DNA of 64,000 bases from Guillardia theta CCMP2712 (taxonomy: Eukaryota; Protista; Cryptophyta), in contig NW_005434529.1 of the NCBI RefSeq assembly GCF_000315625.1, positions 96,975-160,974 on the forward strand. Reading direction: 5' to 3'. Shown in pieces: positions 28,001 to 52,623 of this stretch. The translations under genes were made by a program, and so were the position numbers. Each line of letters starts with the position of its first letter. The first letter of the stretch is position 1. The notes beneath the pieces were generated by a model. The model made no database searches, had not been told where the DNA came from, and saw only the letters and a list, made by a program, of their open reading frames with translations.

Positions 28001-30756
28001 CCCCAGGACCAGCACCAAAGGAGCTTCGACCAAAGGTTTGCCCTCTGTCGATGCTGGCTGCCCAAGCATAGGCCTGGGTTGACGCCCTGAATAGATAAGG
28101 TCTCCAAGAAAGATAACGAGAAGGCTCCGCGAGCTTCGACCAAAGGTTTGCCCTCTGTCGATGCTGGCTGCCCAAGCATAGGCCTGGGTTGACGCCCTGA
28201 ATAGATAAGGTCTCCAAGAAAGATAACGAGAAGGCTCCGCAAGCAGACAAGCCGCTCGCAAGAGACGAGGAGACATCGAAGGCAGATCCTGCCCCCAGGA
28301 CCAGCGCCAAAGGAGCTTCGACCAAAGGTTTGCCCTCTGTCGATGCTGGCTGCGACAAGCCGCTCGCAAGAGACGAGGAGACATCGAAGGCAGATCCTGC
28401 CCCCAGGACCAGCACCAAAGGAGCTTCGACCAAAGGTTTGCCCTCTGTCGATGCTGGCTGCCCAAGCATAGGCCTGGGTTGACGCCCTGAATAGATAAGG
28501 TCTCCAAGAAAGATAACGAGAAGGCTCCGCAAGCAGACAAGCCGCTCGCAAGAGACGAGGAGACATCGAAGGCAGATCCTGCCCCCAGGACCAGCGCCAA
28601 AGGAGCTTCGACCAAAGGTTTGCCCTCTGTCGATGCTGGCTGCCCAAGCATAGGCCTGGGTTGACGCCCTGAATAGATAAGGTCCCCAAGAAAGATAACG
28701 AGAAGGCTCCGCAAGCAGACAAGCCGCTCGCAAGAGACGAGGAGACATCGAAGGCAGATCCTGCCCCCAGGACCAGCGCCAAAGGAGCTTCGACCAAAGG
28801 TTTGCCCTCTGTCGATGCTGGCTGCGACAAGCCGCTCGCAAGAGACGAGGAGACATCGAAGGCAGATCCTGCCCCCAGGACCAGCACCAAAGGAGCTTCG
28901 ACCAAAGGTTTGCCCTCTGTCGATGCTGGCTGCCCAAGCATAGGCCTGGGTTGACGCCCTGAATAGATAAGGTCCCCAAGAAAGATAACGAGAAGGCTCC
29001 GCAAGCAGACAAGCCGCTCGCAAGAGACGAGGAGACATCGAAGGCAGATCCTGCCCCCAGGACCAGCGCCAAAGGAGCTTCGACCAAAGGTTTGCCCTCT
29101 GTCGATGCTGGCTGCGACAAGCCGCTCGCAAGAGACGAGGAGACATCGAAGGCAGATCCTGCCCCCAGGACCAGCGCCAAAGGAGCTTCGACCAAAGGTT
29201 TGCCCTCTGTCGACACTGGCGAGTCACTCATTGTTGTTGCTCGATTGGTGGTACAGATTGCTTAGAGAAGGGTTCGAATGGAAGATGTTTGATAGATCCC
29301 TTTGACATTGATTTTGGTTTGTCACCACCAAAGTCGCTTCGACGTCCGTTTAGGAATAGATTCGGCAATCACAAGCGCTATTCTGATCGCACCACCAAAT
29401 GGGTTTTCGAGGAAAGCTCTCCGCGGAAGGGGAGTGGAGATGGTTCGCCTCCACAAGATGTGTCACGAAATGACATGTTAGGATCAACGGTGGAAGAATT
29501 TGAGGAATCACGCCCAGCGATGAAAGATGCCAAGAATACAATCGAAAAAAACCATCAAGAATTGAGTCGATTGTCCTCTAAGAAGAGGCAAGCATCAGAT
29601 GATACTTCTCTCAACACTTCTGAGCGGGCAGCCAAGGTCAGCAAAAAGACAAAAGGTTCTGCAGAGAGTGACTCAAAAGTGAAATCAAAAGTACAGCAAA
29701 AACCAGTGGACCCATTTGCAAAAACTTTTCAACTCGTATGTCAGTCTGAGACCACGCCAGAAGAGGCAGATCCACATGTCATATCTTCGGATAGTGGAAA
29801 GGGACCAAAATCTCAGAAACTCAGCGAGAGTGCAATCAGCAATTTGCGAACATTGCCAAAAAGTCAAACTTCGGACTCAAGTTATCTTAACCAGTATCCT
29901 GCGAAAGAAAAGAGGGGGTCTACGATTCAAATAGCAAAGGAGGACGAGAATCTTAGCGAATGTGGTACTCTTTCGTCTTTGGAGAATGATCTCAAGCCCA
30001 AAATGCTTCTCTTCAGTCCGCACCACAAGCGCAAGTCATTTGAAGTACAGAACAAAACTCAAAAACGATTGAAAGCAGCGGACGAGCTCATTCGGATTGA
30101 TGTCAATTCGTTCGACGACGATGATACAGCATCCGATTTTTCACAGAACAACATGTTTGTCGAAAAAGTTGAGGCTCGCATTAAGCTTGCCTTCAGCCAG
30201 ATGGCAAAGGTAAGTTTTTCACTTCATCTTCGTAGAATCTAATTCGAAATGCCATGTGAAGAGGAAGAGAGAGTCCTTGGCACAAGCCATATTGGGAGAG
30301 AAAGATTCAATGTCTCATGAAATTTCTGCCTTTGTTATGGCTTCAAAGGGTAAACTCGACGCAGCACAAAAGAAACATGATTCGGAGAATGGAAGGATTA
30401 CCGCACGAGGGAAAGAAATCTTGACAACTTTTACAAACGTCTACGAAGAATACAAACGACGAATGATTCACGTTCATCGCACGGTCAAAAGTCTGGCATC
30501 AGCCAAGGCGGCACGACGGGAAGTATCCGAAGTGAAGAGAAATGAGTTGTTCGATCAAGCCAAGTCTGGACCTGCCAGCTTGAAGGCTGCATGTATGGCA
30601 GAGGTAATGTTCTTCCAGCACTTGCATAAAACGTGTCACGTTGATGATCTGCAGGCGGAGAAGCTCGAGAGGCAAATGGCTGGGGACAAGACAGGCAAGG
30701 GAACAGATATCAAGGAGCTCAACAACCTGCTGGGACAACTGTTCCAAACCGACTAG
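25056..30756 (+). CDS. Large multi-exon protein: helical N-terminus, disordered repeat middle, C-terminal coiled coil; possible meiotic axis protein (ASY3/SYCP2/Red1-like). Start approximate
   Basis: From 27589 onward the exons splice in frame through the repeat array to ORF 29289, then via introns 30210-30261 and 30604-30654 to ...IKELNNLLGQLFQTD*. Linkage of the 5' exons (25-27 kb) is inferred. Confidence 0.5.
27722..29256 (+). repeat. Tandem array of exon+intron units (182-bp full unit, 108-bp and 110-bp deletion variants)
   Basis: 11 copies of GAGCTTCGACCAAAG|GTTTGCCCTCTGTCGA; six identical 59-nt introns plus one divergent 59-nt intron. Confidence 0.92.
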
Positions 30757-30768
30757 ACCCTCATAGTC

Positions 30769-31460
30769 TTAAGTTTGAAACAGGGACGAGGGCTCACCAA
30801 CGCCGTGAGACTTCATGAATAGGTTTGAGAACAGAAATTTTGATGGTATAGAGAAGATGATGAAAATGAAGAAGCCCAATGCAACTCCGTCAGTCTGTCC
30901 TCTGTTTGCTGTCAAGGCTGCTTGAAGCGTTAGAATCACAAATGGAGACATTGGAAAGGGAAGATACAGACCTCTCTTGGGCTTCCTGCGGTTCTTCCAT
31001 AGCAGTCTCAGACGATTCTACGCGGTCTGTGAGGGGAGGGTGGGCGGAGGCGGAGGAACCTGTTGACTTGATCGACTGCTCGACGAACTCGGCGATGATG
31101 ACTCGGAGAGCATGGCAGGGGATGATCTGACGAGACGAGGACGAGGCGCGTGAGCAAGAGGTGGCGGGAGGGAGGGGGAGGAGACCTGACTTCGATTGAC
31201 TATCTGGTTCGTCTTGGGGGAGGTAGAGTGATGCCTGAGCCAGCGATCTTGTGGAGCAGGTAAGAAGACGAGGAGTGAGGACGGGAGGAGACCTATGGCT
31301 GCTCGCTCGTACACGTGACCGTCTGTGAGGATGACTGGATCTCTCATAATCTGCAGGGAAGTGAAAGGGGGTGGGGCGGGAGGAGCATGCGATTACCTCC
31401 ATGGTGATGGGGCAGAGGTACTCCGTGGGGACCGACAGGCCTCGTTCCTGCATGCGACAG
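30769..31460 (-). CDS. U-box E3 ubiquitin ligase domain exons (upstream exons probably extend towards ~34.1 kb and include TM segments)
   Basis: Spliced: VPTEYLCPITME|IMRDPVILTDGHVYERAAI|DRWLRHHSTSPKTNQ...|IIPCHALRVIIAEFVEQ. Confidence 0.85.
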
Positions 31461-34278
31461 TCAGGTAGAGGTAGGAGAAGGCCTGTCGAAGTTCAGCGAC
31501 GACGAGGAGGAGGAGAAGCAGAGGAGATGGGGAAAAGGCGGCAAGAAGAGCAGAAGAAGTGCCTCAAGCAGGGTCTTGATCGAGATCTCATTGGCGTCCT
31601 CCGCGTCCTCCTTGTCTGGACTGCAAGTCAGGAAAGCAAGCAGACACTTTCATCTCTCACCTGCTGCCTCCGCCTCCTCCCTATGGGGCTGCGGCTCTTC
31701 AGCTTCCAACCCGCTCTCTTCCCTCCTCTCCCTCTCCTCCCTCCTCTCCCTCGGCGGCGTGGAGCTCCTGCCTGCTGCACGACCAGGACGAGAGTCTGAC
31801 GGGAAAAGTCACGGGAAGAGCTGAAGGCGGCAAGGCCGGGAAGAGAAGCGGAGGATGGAAAAGGAAAGAAGAAAATTGGGGCGAGGTATGGGAGAGGGAG
31901 AGGGAGAGGGAGAGGGAGAGGGAGAGGGAGAGGGAGAGGGGGAGGGCGAAGGGGGAAGGGGAGGGAGAGGGGAGGAGATGTTGTCTACGAAGGCTCCTTG
32001 CCTGTCCTTCTCTCACTCTCTTCCGCATCTTGGGGACCGCACAGTCCCCACACAACGATGGCGAGCTGAAGGGGAAGGAAGATGCTGTCAAGAAGTGCGC
32101 TCGCTTTGCTCTTCTTCTCCTCTCCCGTCTCGATCGCAAACTCCTGCTGCACTCCAGCTGACTTGTTGTGTGCGGGGACTGACGTGCTGTTGAGATGGAG
32201 AGGCGAAGCGAGGAGAACGAGGCCTCCGCTCTCAAGGAAGGAGCACAACGACAGCTCCGCCGACTGAGATGCTGTGAGGAGACGGGAGGGAATGGGAGAG
32301 GGGAGGGCAGAAAGGAGGCAGAAGAGGAGGAGAAAGGGGGGAGTAGAGGAAGGAGAGGGAGTGTCGAGTACCAGGATCAAGCCAAGCAGGATGATAGACC
32401 GGATCCCTTGCAACACCGACGAGCCGCTTCCTGCCGCCTCCTCCTCTGCAGCAGCCTCCTCCGAATTGATGAGCCTCCCCCAGCCTCCTCCTCCTCCTGC
32501 CACCACCCCCATGTGCTCGCTGCTCCGAATCTGCGGCATCTCAAAGCCCGCGGACCTGCCGGCACGCCAGGAGAGCGGAGGAGCCTGAGAGCGAAGGGCG
32601 AGGAGAAGAGAAGCTGCGAGAAGAGGCAGAGGCGCGCAGGTGACGAGCAGGAGCGGCCCGAAGGCTGAAGCCCACGAAAGAGACCCACCCCCCAGATAGG
32701 CGACGTCGACCTGAAGCCAGGGGTGAGAAAGGGAGGGAGGGAGGCAGGCAGGGAGGGAGGGAGGGAGGCAGGCAGGGAGGGAGGGAGGGAGGGAGGGAGG
32801 GAGGATTGTTCGTGTTCGTGTTACTTGCCATTACTTTGATGATGGCAAAGAGGGAAGCAGAGGAGAGGGCAGCGACGTAAAGGCCCCACCTGATGAGCGT
32901 CAGAGCAGGATGGAAGAGATAGAGAAAGTCTCACTTGACGCCATGCTCGCGCTGGCTCTTTGATAAAAGATGGTGCGAAGAGAAGAGAAGGGAAGCAGGA
33001 GAGGAGGGGAGGGAAGGGAAGAAGGAGATGATGGGGGGGAAGGGAAGAAGGAAATATCAGAAGACCGTTGACGAGGAGCTGAAGACTCACGGGGGACGGG
33101 GGCGCCTCCGACTGAGGAGCCTCGAGATGAGTAGCGAGAGCTGAAGAAAGAAAATGAGAGGGAGAGAAGGAGGGAGGGAAGAGAGAGGGGGGGAGGAGAA
33201 GGTAGGAAGAGAGGCGGGGGGAGAGAGGGGGAGAGAGATGGTGGGGGTGCAAGAGTTTGTACCTGTCATAGCAGAGACAAGAAGGCAGAAGAAAGAGACA
33301 GCGAGAGGAACGAGCAGCTGCGAGCACATCAGGCTTGTCAGTTGCTGGTGCCATCGACCTCCCACTCCTCGCCCGGCCTGATGAAGTGAATCTGAAGCTG
33401 CAGCCCAACCTACAGAATGCTGACAAGGTGGAAGGCAGGAGAGGAAGAGGAGAGGAGGAGGAAAGACATGGGGGAAGCGAGAAGGAGAGAAGGAGAGAAG
33501 GAGGGAGGGAGGGAGGGAGGGAGGGAGGGAGGGAGCAATGCATCCGAATGTTTCTTGTTCTCACCATCATGATGAATCCTAACCCCAGCGCCTGCTAGTC
33601 CATCATAGATGTTCAACAGCAGCAACATGCAAGACCTGCGATAGGGCAGAAGCGATGGAGGAGACTGCGGACCCCCAGTAGCCGCAGGCGCAGCACCCGT
33701 GCTCCACATGCTCCCACTCCCTTCCTCTCCTCCACGCGAGGCGCTCAAGCCTCTCGTTTCTCTCCCTCCTCTCTTCCTCGTGTTGAGCTCCCAACGCCAG
33801 CTCGACCCCAGCGAGCATGCGAGGGATGGAGGAGAGGAAGAGAAGGTAGAGGCCAAAGCTCCAGGGGGGGAAGAGGACAACGAGCCACGGGAGGAAGGGC
33901 AGGAGCCCCTTGAGCTTCAGGTAGAGCAGCAGCAGCGAACCGCTCGCGTACAGGCACCTCGTCCTCCGCGAGATTCGCTGGCCGCTGCCGTAGAGCGCCG
34001 ATGCCCGCGGTCGTCCTCTTGCTGCACCTGCCTCATCCTGCTCGGGAGGAAGAGGAGGAGGATGCGCGTCATGAAAGGCGTGCTCCTGCGAGCGCCGAGC
34101 CGAGGAGAGGAGCATCAGTGAGGCATGCTCTTGCGTGAGAAGGGGAGAGAAGAGAAGAGGAAGGAGAGGAGTGTGCTTGCAATAGACAAGTCAGACAGCA
34201 GGAAATTGCTTCACTCTCTGAGCTTTCCTGCACAAAAACTTTCAGCTAATCAGATCAAATCATACTGCATGCATTACT

Positions 34279-34450
34279 GCCCTCCTGCCCTCCTGCCCTC
34301 CTGCCCTCCTGCCCTCCTGCCCTCCTGCCCTCCAGCCCTCCTGCCCTCCTGCCCTCCTGCCCTCCTGCCCTCCTGCCCTCCTGCCCTCCTGCCCTCCTGC
34401 CCTCCTGCCCTCCTGCCCTCCTGCCCTCCTGCCCTCCTGCCCTCCTGCCT
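34279..34450 (+). repeat. (GCCCTCCT)n 8-bp tandem repeat
   Basis: About 21 near-perfect copies. Confidence 0.9.
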
Positions 34451-34635
34451 GCCTCCCGTCCTATGACAAAGACGAAGCAGCATCGAAATACGGGTGAAAC
34501 CTCGTCGAACCCGTGGTCTGGATATAGAAAAGGGGGGTGGAAGGGTTGAGGGGTAGGTAGACGAAGTTTCCAGTGTAGTAGTACGTGGGCATGGGGATGG
34601 AGGGAGAGAGGAAGAGAGCAGACGAGGCTGCAGAG

Positions 34636-35808
34636 GATGAAGATGTAGATGTTGGTGCTGATGGTGCTAGTGATGAAGATGTAGATGTTGGTGCTGATGG
34701 TGCTAGTGATGAAGATGTAGATGTTGGTGCTGATGGTGCTAGCGATGAAGATGTAGATGTTGGTGCTGATGGTGCTAGTGATGAAGATGAAGATGTTGGT
34801 GCTGATGGTGCTAGTGATGAAGATGTAGATGTTGGTGCTGATGGTGCTAGTGATGAAGATGTAGATGTTGGTGCTGATGGTGCTAGTGATGAAGATGTAG
34901 ATGTTGGTGCTGATGGTGCTAGTGATGAAGATGTAGATGTTGGTGCTGATGGTGCTAGCGATGAAGATGTAGATGTTGGTGCTGATGGTGCTAGTGATGA
35001 AGATGAAGATGTTGGTGCTGATGGTGCTAGTGATGAAGATGTAGATGTTGGTGCTGATGGTGCTAGTGATGAAGATGTAGATGTTGGTGCTGATGGTACT
35101 AGTGATGAAGATGTAGATGTTGGTGCTGATGGTGCTAGTGATGAAGATGTAGATGTTGGTGCTGATGGTGCTAGCGATGAAGATGTAGATGTTGGTGCTG
35201 ATGGTGCTAGCGATGAAGATGTAGATGTTGGTGCTGATGGTACTAGTGATGAAGATGTAGATGTTGGTGCTGATGGTACTAGTGATGAAGATGAAGATGT
35301 TGGTGCTGATGGTGCTAGTGATGAAGATGTAGATGTTGGTGCTGATGGTGCTAGTGATGAAGATGAAGATGTTGGTGCTGATGGTACTAGTGACGAAGAT
35401 GAAGATGTTGGTGCTGATGGTGCTGGTGATGAAGATGTAGATGTTGGTGCTGATGGTGCTAGTGATGAAGATGTAGATGTTGGTGCTGATGGTGCTAGTG
35501 ATGAAGATGTAGATGTTGGTGCTGATGGTGCTAGCGATGAAGATGTAGATGTTGGTGCTGATGGTACTAGTGATGAAGATGAAGATGTTGGTGCTGATGG
35601 TGCTAGTGATGAAGATGTAGATGTTGGTGCTGATGGTGCTAGTGATGAAGATGAAGATGTTGGTGCTGATGGTGCTAGTNNNNNNNNNNNNNNNNNNNNN
35701 NNNNNNNNNNNNNNNNNNNNNNNNNNNNNNNNNNNNNNNNNNNNNNNNNNNNNNNNNNNNNNNNNNNNNNNNNNNNNNNGATGTTGGTGCTGATGGTGCT
35801 AGTGATGA
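34636..35808 (+). repeat. 36-bp minisatellite (GATGAAGATGTAGATGTTGGTGCTGATGGTGCTAGT), 29 copies up to the gap, resuming after it
   Basis: 34636-35679 is 1044 nt = 29 units with point variants; one partial unit follows the gap. Confidence 0.95.
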
Positions 35809-35872
35809 AGCAGTGACTGTGATGGTGCGTATCATGAGGGCAGGGAATGATCCTCCAGGTTGTGTTTGCGAG

Positions 35873-36057
35873 TGAACTACTCCATGAACTACTCCATGAA
35901 CTACTCCATGAACTACTCCATGAACTACTCCATGAACTACTCCATGAACTACTCCATGAACTACTCCATGAACTACTCCATGAACTACTCCATGAACTAC
36001 TCCATGAACTACTCCATGAACTACTCCATGAACTACTCCATGAACTACTCCATGAAC
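35873..36057 (+). repeat. 12-bp tandem repeat (TGAACTACTCCA), ~15 copies
   Basis: Perfect copies are visible. Confidence 0.95.
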
Positions 36058-36799
36058 GCGATGATGGAGTAGCCAAACCTTGTCTGAAGAAGCTGGAGGC
36101 ATGGAGTACACCGGGTGTCGAGATGGTCTTAGAGGGCACTTGCTCGATTTCGTTGTCTTGCTTTTGACAAGGATGGAGGGACTGCCGAGACCGGACTCTA
36201 GCTCGCAGAAGAGTTTCATGTAGGTGCTGCATGCGATGGACACCTCTCCTGCTGACTTGCTCCGACCTGCAGCGTTGAAAAAACGCTCACGACTGCATCG
36301 CTCAGCTCGAGGTCAGCTGGACCTCTCCTCCTTGGCCTTCGACCTCCACTGATTCTCCTTGTTAGCTTGTCCGTGGTCTCCTCCTCTCTGCTGCTCCTCT
36401 CGCTCGTGTCTTTCTCTTGTTGTACTCTAGTCTGTTTGCTGCTCGCCTCCTCTACTTGTCTTGTCGTCATGGTTGAGATGTTCTCCATCTCGTTTGAGAT
36501 GATGATTATGACAACAATGATAGAGATGAGAATGTTGTTGTTGGTGGTGGTGGTGAGATGATCGCCGGCACCAGAAGCTCCTGTAAGGACATGTCACAAC
36601 TAACAGTTGAAAGGTAGAGAGTGAGTGTAAGGACATGTCACAACTAACAGTTGGATTGTGGAGAGTGAGTGTAAGGACATGAATCTCTGATCTCACACCT
36701 CTCACTACTTGTGCCCCGAACGAGTACGCCCGTTATCAGAGCACCTTTATAGACCTTCGCCGTAAGCGCTTGATTCGGTTTCAGAGCCACCGGAATTCA

Positions 36800-38369
36800 C
36801 AACAAGGATATCTCCTCCTCGAGCGTTCATCCCTCTTGCCATCTCGACGGACGGTACCCTGCACCCTGACACCCTCCGCTTCATCTGGTATCTGGCGGAC
36901 ATCATTGCTCAGCGCTCGATGCCTCTTGAGGATGCGGCGTTTGGTCGGCACTTCGTGCCTGATGACGGCCCTGCTGCTGAGGTCTTGGCTCGCAAACGCG
37001 CCGCCACCTATCAGCGCCTCACCATGCAGCTGAAGCTGGAGGCGCTCTTGTCTGGTGCGAAGCGCGCCTGCTTCCTCCCCGGGCATCGGTCGGGTCACGC
37101 CGGTCCTTGGGCATTGCCGCGGCGTCGCCGCCGTCACGGGCGGCTACCGCTGACTCGGCTACCGCTGACTCGGAGGCTAGCGAGGCTGCCCCAGGCGGAC
37201 CCCCCGGGGCAACGCCGGCTCCTTGTCGGCGGCTGCCCTTTCTCCGTCCGCGGCCGCCCGCTTTGTGGCGGCAGCGGACGTCTCGACTGACAGTGGTCAG
37301 TCGGCTGCCTCCGGGTATCGCGTCTAAGGGATTTTATTCCTCCTGCATGCTCCTGCTGCTTGTTGCTTGATTGCTTGACCCTTAGGCTGCTTGTCTGCGC
37401 GGCTTCGCGCTTGGGCTGGCGGTGCCGCGTCTGGGTGCCAGCAGTGCTGGTTCTTTTCGGGCTTGTGTTTTGTGTGTGATTGTGCAGCTTCTCGCTGTGC
37501 GCTGTGTGCCTGGAGACACACAATGGATTTACTGGCAGAAGGTAAAAAGTGCCTCAAGCAAAACAAAGCAGCAACAAGCTGCAACTAGACGCGGCACCGC
37601 CAGCCTTAATGGATTTACTGGCAGGAGGTAAAAAGTGCCTCAAGCCAGCCGAAGCGCGAAGCCGCGCAGACAAGCAGCCTAAGGGTCAGGCAATCAAGCA
37701 ACAAGCAGCAGGAGCATGCAGGAGGAATAACATCCCTTAGACGCGATACCCGGAGGCAGCCGACTGACCACTGTCAGTCGAGACGTCCGCTGCCGCACCA
37801 TGCGGGCGGCCCGGCGCGGACGGAGAAAGGGCAGCCGCCGACAAGGAGCCGGCGTTGCCCGACCAACACCGCCCGTGACGGCCGGGCCGCGGGCGACGCC
37901 GCAGCAATGCCCATGGACCGGCGGGACCCGACCGATGCCGGGGAGGAAGCAGGCGAGCTCGGACCAGCAGCAAGCACCCCAGTGGTGTCGAGCAACTTGC
38001 CGCAGACCGGTGGTCTCATCGTATCTTGACTTGGAACTCAACTCTCCGAGTCTGCTGACATTCTCTTGTTTGTGCCCAGTCAGATAGCGCCAAATTAAAC
38101 TCTTCTGTAAACCAAGACGACCCTTACGTGTTCAAGCGGAGGTGCCTTCCCGGACTCGGGCAGCCTGTGCCTCGGGCCGGGACCGTCCGACGGCCGTCAC
38201 CCGTCGTGATTGTCTGGAAGCAGTGTGTTTCACACAAGTTACTTTAGTGTGCATTAAACTCGGCCCGACGGTCATAGTAAACGGCACTTCGTTCCTGATG
38301 ATGGACCTGCTGCTGAGGTCTTGGCTCGCAAACGCGCCGCCACCTATCAGCGCCTCACCATGCAGCTGA
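36800..38369. mobile_element. 5'-truncated non-LTR retrotransposon remnants (RLE-endonuclease type): tail-to-tail pair plus a third fragment
   Basis: The + frame reads RAFIPLAISTDGTLHPDTLRFIWYLA...YQRLTMQL, resembling the C-terminal restriction-like endonuclease of R2/CRE-type elements. 37040-37420 is inverted at 37643-37980. 36946-37032 is repeated directly at 38283-38369. Confidence 0.6.
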
Positions 38370-39243
38370 TGCCCCCTCATTCGCTGCCTCTTCCTGTTAC
38401 TACTTCTCTGTTGAGGCAGACTTGTTGATTTACCCTTTTCTCCCGTTTTCTCCATTTAAGTAAAAATACACAGGAAAGATGCGACGGTGATGGAGGAGCG
38501 AACAGGGGGAGAGGGAGGGGAGGAGAGAGGAGAAGGAGCGGGCGAAGGACGGCTTGGGACCGCTGGTTCATGGAAGCCGCGCGAAGGAAAGATGCATCTG
38601 ATGCCTTTCCTACTTCCAACCAGTTACGCCGACAGTGAGCATGAAGAGGTACAGAAGGTAGCGAGAGAGATCGGTGTCGGAGTATCGGACGACATACAAG
38701 CAGCTCGGGCAGTTAGGGACTGGGTGAGGAGAAACATCTGCTACGTGCTAGACGACAAGGATAGAAGAGCGAGCGAGACATTGCGGTCGAGGGAAGGCAT
38801 GTGCACCAACAAAGCCAACCTACAGGTCGCGTTGCTTCGAGCGCTGGGCGTGGCTGCAGGGTACGTGCTGGTGAATGTAACGCGCGAGGCATTCAGAGTC
38901 TCAGGCGTGGAGGAGACGCTTGTAGGACAGATATCTGAACCGACAGTGCACTGCTTCTGTGCCGTCTACATCGAGCGATACGGTCGCTTCTTGCACTTTG
39001 ATGGAACTGAAGATCTGGAAAGTTTGGAGCAGGAGAATCTCCTTCTAGAAGAGAGCGAAGACACGGGAGAGACGAGGTATAAGCAAGACTTCCTGCGAGG
39101 ACCCTTGGGGCCAGTGCAGTCCAACATCGATCACCTTTTGGCGTGGAAGTTTCCTCGTAAGATACCACAAGAGCTCATCGAGGAGCAGAACTCCAGCTAC
39201 AGGAAGCGGAGGAGGCTACAAGCTGAAACACAAGCCAGGTCCT

Positions 39244-51980
<12,737 letters not shown>

Positions 51981-52623
51981 CAAACTCCCGTCACTCTCTC
52001 AGTCAAACTTCATCCCGGGCCCGCCCGGCTCAGTGGGTACCCCTACCCCTACCTGTAGCCCTGCTGTACTGCTGCAGGGACCCCTGCTGTAGCTATCGGA
52101 TCAGTGAGGGGAGGAGGGGCAGGACCTACAAAGCTTGTTGGTTCAAACTTGTTGAGAGAAATGGAGGGAGAGGGGGAGAGAGAGGAGAGGAGAGGAGAGG
52201 AGAGGAGAGGAGAGGAGAGGAGAGGAGGAGGAGAGGAGAGGAGAGGAGAGGGGAGGGGAGGACAGGACAGGACAGGACAGGACAGGACAGGACAGGACAG
52301 GACAGGACAGGAGAGAGAAAAAGGAGGAAGAAGAGGACAGGACAGGGCAGGAGAGGAGACGAGACGAGACGAAAGGAGGGGAGGGGAGGGGAGGAGAGGA
52401 GAGGAGAGGAGAGGAGAGGAGAGAGGGGAGGTGAGGATAGGGGAGGAAAGGGGAGGGGAGGGGAGGGGAGGCGAGGAGAGAGGAGGAGAGGAGAGGTGAG
52501 GCGAGGGTAGGGTAGGGTAGGGGAGGAGAGGAGAGGAGAGTTCTCGACAAGGCATAGTGAATGAGCACAGCCATGTTGATTGATGGAGGCAACAGTGCAT
52601 GAGGTTGAGGGGGTTCAGAAGTC

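Noticed and set aside
27675-29231. CRISPR-like array, or the 434-518 aa minus-strand ORFs as genes
   Set aside because: There are no unique spacers and no cas genes. The minus ORFs are open in all three frames only because the repeat lacks stops, and the + strand splice model explains the sequence.
34255-36243. 662-aa minus-strand ORF
   Set aside because: It is concatenated tandem repeats read through an N gap, with no domain evidence.
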